Assembly (NCBI GenBank): GCA_902511755.1
Contig: CABXGL010000002.1
Location: forward strand, 1,973 to 65,972
DNA length: 64,000 nt
Direction of reading: 5' to 3'
Source of the DNA: an uncultured Bacteroidota bacterium
GTDB taxonomy: Bacteria > Bacteroidota > Bacteroidia > Flavobacteriales > Flavobacteriaceae
Part shown: positions 57,636 through 64,000 of the stretch, in pieces
How positions within the stretch are numbered: position 1 is the stretch's first letter
Layout: every line of letters begins with the position of its first letter
The notes under the pieces: model-generated
Database searches by the model: none
Told to the model about the DNA's origin: nothing
What the model saw: only the letters and a program-made list of their open reading frames with translations
Made by a program: the position numbers and the translations under genes

Positions 57636-58616
57636 TTTGTAAGCAAGTAATCTAATACATTTTCTAGCATTCATTTTGTTGTATAAAATATTATAAGCTG
57701 TATTAATTATTTTAAATTCTATTTTGTTTTCAATTCCAATTTCATAAGCATTTTTTGTAGCATAATAACCTTCAGAAATCATAGACATCTCTGAAATTGC
57801 AGATTTTAATGAATATCCTTTGCCTATCATATTTCCTAAAGTTCTATTTCGACTAAATGTAGAATATGAAGTTACAAGTAAATCCCCTAAATATTCGGAA
57901 TCATTGATATCTCTTTTTACTTTATAGATAGTTTTTATAAAATCTTTCATTTCTTTGACAGAATTACTTATCAATACGCTTTGAAAGTTATCTCCATAGC
58001 CCAAACCGTGAGAGATTCCAGCAACCAAAGCATAAATATTTTTTAACATGGCCGCATACTCAACACCTGTACTGTCTTTGGATAATTTTGCTTTAATAAA
58101 AGACGTCTCTAGAGACCCCCTCATTGATTCTCCAATTGGGCTGTTTTTACAACCAACAGTTAGGTAAGAAAGTTTTTCAAGAGCGACTTCTTCAGCATGA
58201 CATGGACCTGAAATAATTCCTATTTTTGATAATGGGATATTATAATATTTATTAAGATGCTCACTAACTATTAAGTGTGATTCTGGGATTACACCTTTAA
58301 TAGCAGTAAAAATAATTTTTTTATTTACTAATGTTTTAATTTTTTGTAATTCTGAATCTAAAAAAGGTGAGGGGATGGCCAAGATTATTATTGTTGAATT
58401 TATTACAACCTCTTCAATTGAAGAGCTAACTTTAATTTTTTTGGTATTAAAAACTACAGACCTTAAATAATTAGGGTTTCTATGAAAATTTTGAATATGT
58501 TCAACATTTTTAGGGTTTCTTACATACCAATTTATAGACTCGATGTTTTCAGATAAGATTTTAACGAGAGCTGTTCCCCAGCTACCTCCTCCTAATATTC
58601 CATATGAATGTTTCAT
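57627..58616 (-). CDS. gpsA: NAD(P)H-dependent glycerol-3-phosphate dehydrogenase
   Basis: 329 aa with [21 protein letters not shown] and NRTLG. Confidence 0.93.
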   Translation of the reverse strand: MKHSYGILGGGSWGTALVKILSENIESINWYVRNPKNVEHIQNFHRNPNYLRSVVFNTKKIKVSSSIEEVVINSTIIILAIPSPFLDSELQKIKTLVNKKIIFTAIKGVIPESHLIVSEHLNKYYNIPLSKIGIISGPCHAEEVALEKLSYLTVGCKNSPIGESMRGSLETSFIKAKLSKDSTGVEYAAMLKNIYALVAGISHGLGYGDNFQSVLISNSVKEMKDFIKTIYKVKRDINDSEYLGDLLVTSYSTFSRNRTLGNMIGKGYSLKSAISEMSMISEGYYATKNAYEIGIENKIEFKIINTAYNILYNKMNARKCIRLLAYKLN

Positions 58617-58707
58617 AAAAAGATTAACAAAATTTTGGGATTTAAAAATAGAACAATAATTTAATTTTATAATGAATACGTTTCATAAAAATAGTTTAGG
58701 TTTTATT

Positions 58708-58737
58708 AGGCACCCTCTTTAAAGAGGGTGCCTTTTT
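58708..58737. terminator. GC-rich 13-bp perfect hairpin immediately 3' of the minus-strand membrane-protein gene
   Basis: aggcaccctcttt (58708-58720) pairs with aaagagggtgcct (58721-58733). The T5 run follows on the plus strand. On the minus strand the stem is followed by UAAUAAAA, so the polarity is ambiguous. It separates the upstream three-gene operon from the gpsA promoter region. Confidence 0.6.
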
Positions 58738-59191
58738 AATTTATCCAGATAAACTTCCAAATTATAATTATCATTCCTAGGAAATAAAATCCTAAAACCC
58801 TTAAAAATTTTTTCAAACTAATGTTTGATTTTTTATGTAACGACCACCCAATTGTTAGAATTAAAACCGTTATTAGATTCAATAAATGAGTTGACATATA
58901 AAAAAGAAAATGGTTCTGTTCAAAAATAAATTTATTATTAGAATCCCAAAACAAGAATAAAAAATTAGATAAAAAAACAAATAGACCTATAATTAAAAAA
59001 ATGTAATTAAATATCAAAGAGAATAATGTTATCCTAAGATCAAAGGTTTTAAATGATTTTTTTGAAAAAACACCTACAAGGGAGTTTAAAATAGCGCCTA
59101 GAGTGCTAATAATAACTATGTATTCCCAGTATAAGTATAATTTAAAAAAACCAGAAAAGAATAATTTAATGTCCATAGTTTGATATAGCAT
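58736..59191 (-). CDS. Small hydrophobic membrane protein (about 4 TM), unknown function
   Basis: 151 aa with four long hydrophobic segments. It lies 31 nt downstream of the ABC ATPase gene on the same strand. Confidence 0.6.
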   Translation of the reverse strand: MLYQTMDIKLFFSGFFKLYLYWEYIVIISTLGAILNSLVGVFSKKSFKTFDLRITLFSLIFNYIFLIIGLFVFLSNFLFLFWDSNNKFIFEQNHFLFYMSTHLLNLITVLILTIGWSLHKKSNISLKKFLRVLGFYFLGMIIIIWKFIWIN

Positions 59192-59222
59192 TTCAAATAT
59201 ACTTAGTTTATAGTAGGTATAA

Positions 59223-60845
59223 TTAATAGTCGCTAGCTTTTAATAATTGTTTAGTATAAGGCATTGTTGGAGACTGGAATACTTTATCAGTTTCTCCATT
59301 TTCTTCAATTATTCCTTTATTAAGAATAATGACTCTATCAGACATGTATCTAATTACCGAAAGATCATGAGAAATAAATAAAAAAGTAAAAGAAAACTTA
59401 TCCTTAAGAGAGTTAAGTAAGTTTAACACTTGTGCTTGAACTGACACATCTAATGCAGAAACACATTCATCACAAATAATGATTTTAGGGCTTAATGCCA
59501 AGGCTCTTGCAATAACTATTCTTTGCCTTTGTCCGCCTGAAAACTGATAAGGGTATTTTAAAAAATCATCTTTATTTAAGTCTACATGGTCTAAGAGCTC
59601 ATGAACTTTAGAAATCCTTTCGTCTTTGTCTTTATAAAGATTGTGTGCTAGCATTGGTTCCATTATTGAAAATCCAATACTGGTTTGTGAATTTAATGAA
59701 GAAAAAGGGTCCTGAAATACGAGCTGGATATTTTTTCTAAATTCTTGTTGGTTATATTTTTTGATATTGGTATTATTAAATAAAATTTCCCCTTTTTCAA
59801 AATTATTTAGATTGAGAATCGATTTTGCAATAGTTGATTTGCCAGATCCAGATTCTCCAATTAAGCCAAGTGTCTCGCCCCTATATAAATTAAAATTGAT
59901 ATTGTTTAAAATCAGTTTTTTTTCATATGCAAAATGTAAATTTTTAACTTTTAAGATAGGATCTGAATTGTACATTTTCTTATGTTTTTTTGCTCTTTCT
60001 CTTTTTGATATCAAAGACTGTTTTTTTAGAATGTTATCAGAAGAAGGTAATCTTTTTGGTCTTACTTTTTTTGGAGGTCGTGCATTCAAAAGTATTTTAG
60101 TATATATGTTTTTAGGGGAATTAAAAATATGTTTACTATTTCCGCTCTCAATAATAGAACCTCTTTTTAGCACAATGATTTTATTTGCAATTTTAGAAAC
60201 TAAATTCAGATCGTGAGAAACAAATATTATTCCCATTTTTGTTTTTTTTTGAATTTCTTTAAGAAGTGCAATAATTTCTTTTTTCACTATTCCATCAAGC
60301 GATGTGGTTGGTTCATCTGCTATTAGTATTTGGGGATTACACGCAATTGCTATTGCTATCATTATCCTTTGTTGTTGACCTCCACTAAGTTCATGGGGGT
60401 ATTTATTAAAAACAGTTTCTGGGTCAGCTAATTTTACCATTTTAAGTAAATCTAAAACACGTTTTTTTGCTTTCATTTTATTTAAAATTTTATGCTTTAG
60501 AATGATTTCTAATACTTGCTTTCCACATTTCATACTAGGATTTAAAGAGCTCATAGGCTCTTGAAAGATTATAGAAATTTTAGATCCTCTTATTTTTTCA
60601 AATCCTTTATCTTTTAAGGATTCTATTCGTTCACCATTAAAAAAAATATGTCCACTTTTTTTAAATTTTTTTGAATTGAAAAGATTAATAATTGAAAAAG
60701 CGGTGAGAGATTTCCCGCTTCCAGATTCTCCGACAAAACCTAAAATCTCATTTTTTTTTAATTTAAAAGAAATGTTATCTAAAATGGAGATTCCGGAAAT
60801 AGAAAGACTAAGATTTTTAATTACTAATAAGTTAGTCTCTTTCAA
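59223..60845 (-). CDS. Fused double-NBD ABC ATPase of the Dpp/Opp (YejF/GsiA-like) type
   Basis: 540 aa with two Walker A motifs (GESGSGKS twice), two signature motifs (LSGGQQQR and FSGGQRQR) and two Walker B motifs (ILIADEPT and IIICDECV). Confidence 0.92.
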   Translation of the reverse strand: MKETNLLVIKNLSLSISGISILDNISFKLKKNEILGFVGESGSGKSLTAFSIINLFNSKKFKKSGHIFFNGERIESLKDKGFEKIRGSKISIIFQEPMSSLNPSMKCGKQVLEIILKHKILNKMKAKKRVLDLLKMVKLADPETVFNKYPHELSGGQQQRIMIAIAIACNPQILIADEPTTSLDGIVKKEIIALLKEIQKKTKMGIIFVSHDLNLVSKIANKIIVLKRGSIIESGNSKHIFNSPKNIYTKILLNARPPKKVRPKRLPSSDNILKKQSLISKRERAKKHKKMYNSDPILKVKNLHFAYEKKLILNNINFNLYRGETLGLIGESGSGKSTIAKSILNLNNFEKGEILFNNTNIKKYNQQEFRKNIQLVFQDPFSSLNSQTSIGFSIMEPMLAHNLYKDKDERISKVHELLDHVDLNKDDFLKYPYQFSGGQRQRIVIARALALSPKIIICDECVSALDVSVQAQVLNLLNSLKDKFSFTFLFISHDLSVIRYMSDRVIILNKGIIEENGETDKVFQSPTMPYTKQLLKASDY

Positions 60846-60847
60846 AA

Positions 60848-61993
60848 TTAGGCGTTTAGCATTTTAAAAGCTTCTTTGATATAATCAAGAAAGTCTTTAC
60901 TAAAGGTTTCATTTTCAGTTTTTTTATCATGACTTTTACCCAGACGAACAATCATTATATTATCTCTTGGAAAAACGATAACATATTGACCTAAGTGTCC
61001 TCTCATGCTAAAGAATTTCTTTTCCTTAAATTCACCTAGCCAAAATCCATACCCATATTCTGGGCTTGAGTCAAATCGTTTTGATGTAGATTTTTTTACA
61101 AAAGTAGAGTCCAACAATTTTTCTCCATTCCAGAAGCCATTGTCTTTATATAGTTTGCCAAATCTGGCAAAATCTCTAGCATTTGAATTAAAACAACAAT
61201 ACGCTTTTTCATTATTGGTTTTAATATTGTCAATTTGCCATAAAGCATTATTTTCAGCACCCATTGGATTCCAAAACCAATTATAAGCCAACTCAGATAT
61301 TTTTTTTTGAGTTGCTTTTTCGATAGCCATTGCTAATAGCTGAGTGTCGGAACTCAAGTATTCAAAAGACTTACCAGGCTCTTTAATTATTGGCCTGGAA
61401 AGGATAAGTTTATTTAAGTTGCTTCCAACATATGCGCGGGCAGTAACCCCAAAAATATTAGTGTAGTTTTCAGTCCACTTCATCCCAGAAGACATACTAG
61501 ACAAATCTCCAATAGTAAGCTTTGAGGCATAACCCTCATTATAGCCCTCAACATAGGAACTAACTTTGTCATCTAAACTATTAAAGTAGCCCTCTTGAAT
61601 AGCTCTACCCATTATGGCATTCACTATACTTTTTGACATAGAAAAAGAATTGCTATAAGAGTTTTTATTATAACCATTATAATATTTCTCATGCCAGATA
61701 GAGTCATTTTTAATTATTAAAAAAGCAACAGTGCCAAATTCTTTATGAATAGACTTCAAACTAGTTGTTAATAAAGTTTGATTATAGTTTGCGTGTATAG
61801 GCCAAGTTTGAGGATTTTTACTTTTGGGAATCTCTATATTGTCAAAATATTTGTAATCTGTAATATCCGCTTCAGTTCTTTGGATTTTATAGATTGTTTT
61901 TGAAAGCTCTGACAAATAAAATAATTCAGAACGGAATTTATAACTAAAAAACAATAATAAAAGAACAATAATTATTCCAATTTTTTTCTTCAT
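60848..61993 (-). CDS. Beta-lactamase-family serine hydrolase with N-terminal membrane anchor
   Basis: 381 aa. The S-x-x-K motif lies in FSMSKSIVNAIMG, followed by a class C/PBP4*-like fold pattern. It ends 2 nt before the ABC ATPase start. Confidence 0.8.
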   Translation of the reverse strand: MKKKIGIIIVLLLLFFSYKFRSELFYLSELSKTIYKIQRTEADITDYKYFDNIEIPKSKNPQTWPIHANYNQTLLTTSLKSIHKEFGTVAFLIIKNDSIWHEKYYNGYNKNSYSNSFSMSKSIVNAIMGRAIQEGYFNSLDDKVSSYVEGYNEGYASKLTIGDLSSMSSGMKWTENYTNIFGVTARAYVGSNLNKLILSRPIIKEPGKSFEYLSSDTQLLAMAIEKATQKKISELAYNWFWNPMGAENNALWQIDNIKTNNEKAYCCFNSNARDFARFGKLYKDNGFWNGEKLLDSTFVKKSTSKRFDSSPEYGYGFWLGEFKEKKFFSMRGHLGQYVIVFPRDNIMIVRLGKSHDKKTENETFSKDFLDYIKEAFKMLNA

Positions 61994-62182
61994 ATTCAGC
62001 TAATTTATCAAAAATTTACAGATTATTTTTTAATTTTCAGCAACTTATATAGTCAGTGATATTTTAGCTATGCCATTAATAATTAAAGTATATAATAATC
62101 AAATCTTTATTTATTTTCATTAAAAGATAAAACATAAGATTTCAAATTTATTACAAGAATTAAACGTAAAAATATTTATTTT

Positions 62183-62240
62183 AAAAAATGGCTAAAAAAA
62201 AGGAAAAAATTACAAAAAATAGCATAAAATGGCTTTTTTT
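62183..62240. promoter_or_regulatory. Phased A-tract (predicted curved DNA) segment inside a 417-bp intergenic region
   Basis: A4-A8 runs start at 62183, 62194, 62204, 62214 and 62226, giving spacings of 11, 10, 10 and 12. A T7 run follows at 62234-62240. ATGGC occurs at 62188 and 62229. Confidence 0.7.
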
Positions 62241-62410
62241 ATCAAATTTAATGCAAAAAATGTTTATTTTATAAATTATTTATATATAGAATTTCATCTA
62301 TTTTTAAAAAATAATATGTTAATAAAAGATATAGTCTCCAATATCTTTATTTTGTTTTACATTAGTTATTCTATACTAGGAATAATTGTATAATATATTA
62401 TATAGTAAAA

Positions 62411-63871
62411 ATGTTTAAAAAATTCTCTTTTAAAGCTCAAATATCTATCAGGTTTAGAATTTTTATTGCTATGACATCCCTTTTAGTTATCGCTTTTTCG
62501 GCAATTGCAATTGTTACCATTCCTCAATTTAAACAGCAATCTAATAAATATCATGAGCAGCGTTTAGAGCGCAAGAACTCTCAATTGCTTCGGGGTATTT
62601 CTTATATATTTCAAGAATCTACAATCGATCTTTCTGTTCAAAAATTAGATTCTATTTTTAAGGACAGAATTTTTGAAATTGCTGATGTTCAGAATGTTAA
62701 TTTCAGTATTTACAACCTAGATGGAATTCTTTTAAATACTACTATACCTGATTCAATACAAACTTTTCTTAATGAATCTATTATTAATGAATTAAATAAC
62801 AGCAACAACTTAAGTATAATTAAAAAAAATACAATCCAAAATGTGCAATATAGATCTTCATATTCACTTGTTTTAGATAATAAATCTAATCCTATTTGGA
62901 TTTTAAACCTTCCTTATTATGACGACGATTCTTTAAATACTTATGAATTAGATTCCTTTATTATTGTTTTAGCTGAAGTATATTTATTTCTATTATTTAT
63001 TGCTATTATTTTTTCATATTTAGTTTCAGTTTATATTACTAAACCACTTTCAGAAATTGGAAAAAAAATAAAAAGGACTAGACTAGACAAAACAAATAAA
63101 AAAATTCAAATTAAGGCTAGAAGTAAGGAAGTAAATATTTTAGTTGAGTCTTATAATAAAATGACAGAAAAACTAAATCAAAGTGTTGAGAAACTTTCAA
63201 AATCTAATAAAGAACAAGCTTGGAGAGAAATGGCGAAACAAGTTGCACATGAAATAAAAAATCCATTAACGCCCATGAGACTAACTGTCCAAAGTTTCCA
63301 AAAGAATTTTGATATAAATGATTCTAATATTGACAAAAAATTAGATGAATTTATTAAGACTTTAATTCAGCAAATCGATACCATGAGTACCATTGCATCC
63401 GCATTTTCAAATTTTGCAGAAATGCCTGCTCAGGAAGGGGAAAAAATAAATATCATTGAAATTACTAGACTTGCTTTAAAAATATTTAAAGAGAAGCATA
63501 TTACTTTTAATTCGGAACATAATGATCTTCAAGTTAGTATTGATAGAACCCAAATGATTAGAATTGTAACAAATTTAATAAAGAACGCTGTTGAAGCTTG
63601 TGATCAAGTACATGATCCTTTAATTGATGTAAGTATTGAGTTGCGAAATAAAAATGTATTAATTTATATTAAGGATAATGGAGTTGGGATTGAAGATGAT
63701 TTGCAACAAAAAATATTTGAACCAAAATTTACAACAAAGACTAGCGGAATGGGCTTAGGATTAGGAATGGTAAAAAATCTTGTAAATTCTTATGGAGGAA
63801 AAATTTCATTTAAATCTAAAATTGGCCAAGGAACAACTTTCAAAATTTTGTTTCCTGTTTTTTCAAAATAA
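62411..63871 (+). CDS. Membrane sensor histidine kinase (NtrY-like H-box)
   Basis: 486 aa with two TM segments flanking a periplasmic domain of about 150 aa. There is a HAMP-like linker, an H-box AHEIKNPLTPM, an N-box LIKNAVEA, and G-boxes DNGVGI and GMGLGLGMV. Confidence 0.92.
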   Translation: MFKKFSFKAQISIRFRIFIAMTSLLVIAFSAIAIVTIPQFKQQSNKYHEQRLERKNSQLLRGISYIFQESTIDLSVQKLDSIFKDRIFEIADVQNVNFSIYNLDGILLNTTIPDSIQTFLNESIINELNNSNNLSIIKKNTIQNVQYRSSYSLVLDNKSNPIWILNLPYYDDDSLNTYELDSFIIVLAEVYLFLLFIAIIFSYLVSVYITKPLSEIGKKIKRTRLDKTNKKIQIKARSKEVNILVESYNKMTEKLNQSVEKLSKSNKEQAWREMAKQVAHEIKNPLTPMRLTVQSFQKNFDINDSNIDKKLDEFIKTLIQQIDTMSTIASAFSNFAEMPAQEGEKINIIEITRLALKIFKEKHITFNSEHNDLQVSIDRTQMIRIVTNLIKNAVEACDQVHDPLIDVSIELRNKNVLIYIKDNGVGIEDDLQQKIFEPKFTTKTSGMGLGLGMVKNLVNSYGGKISFKSKIGQGTTFKILFPVFSK

Positions 63872-63887
63872 TCTTTTAGATTAAATT

Positions 63888-64000
63888 TTAACAATATTCA
63901 TTATATGCTTGTTTGAGATTTTCACTTATTAATTCGGAAGATCGACCTTCAATATGATGTCTTTCCAACATATGAACAATTTCGCCTTTTTTAAAAAGGG
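63888..64000 (-). CDS. 3' end of an unidentified minus-strand CDS; its 5' part lies beyond the window
   Basis: The reverse-strand frame is open from the window edge: ...LFKKGEIVHMLERHHIEGRSSELISENLKQAYNEYC*, with the stop at 63888-63890. It looks vaguely HTH/sigma region 4-like. Only 37 codons are visible. Confidence 0.3.
   Translation of the reverse strand, partial: LFKKGEIVHMLERHHIEGRSSELISENLKQAYNEYC

Noticed and set aside
59761-60216. A 151-aa plus-strand ORF antisense to the double ABC ATPase, and similar antisense ORFs at 60676..60867, 61005..61286, 3734..4006, 28795..29097, 35063..35278, 36380..36631 and 39889..40137
   Set aside because: All lie opposite well-supported conserved genes and have odd, low-complexity composition with no motifs.
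62188-62274. A 28-codon sORF (MAKKKEKITKNSIKWLFLSNLMQKMFIL) in the long intergenic region
   Set aside because: It is a K-rich translation of A-tracts. There is no recognisable ribosome-binding context or conservation evidence, and an ORF of this length is easily produced by chance in AT-rich DNA. It is kept only as a note under the intergenic-region finding.

Overview
The window is visibly AT-rich (roughly 30% G+C by eye, not computed) and very tightly packed. It looks like a core chromosomal region of a Flavobacteriia-type Bacteroidota genome. The taxon guess rests on gene content: a SprE/PorW-like TPR lipoprotein, a bactofilin-AtpZ-atpBEFHAG cluster without atpDC, two TonB-dependent receptors with CarboxypepD_reg-type N-termini, DUF4292/DUF3108/DUF1080 genes, and a complete MoxR-DUF58-BatABCDE aerotolerance-type operon. 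Nearly all long ORFs are recognisable housekeeping genes: atp operon, dut, ribE, pdxA, rpmF, accBC, asd, alr, tdk, rsmI, recJ, pgi, uvrC, lspA, ileS, recO, gdhA, gmk, nadD, pheS and gpsA. I found no rRNA, tRNA, CRISPR array, transposase, integrase, phage gene or recognisable defence island, so I cannot point to a clearly novel multi-gene system. The observations most worth a second look are listed here. (1) An apparent 1-nt frameshift inside a 12-nt (KKDD)n tandem repeat splits batC from its conserved C-terminus. (2) The third Bat-operon gene is an unusually long composite membrane protein. (3) Nested perfect palindromes lie directly upstream of the moxR/bat operon. (4) Two intergenic loci carry helically phased A/T-tracts and the same ATGGC...41 bp...ATGGC layout; one sits in the rpmF-accB spacer where fabH often lies in relatives. 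(5) There are two uncharacterised ABC-type modules: a DUF5687-like permease with an ATPase, and a serine hydrolase with a fused Dpp-type double ATPase and a small membrane protein, with no permease or binding protein nearby. All product calls come from reading motifs in the supplied translations. No database search was run.
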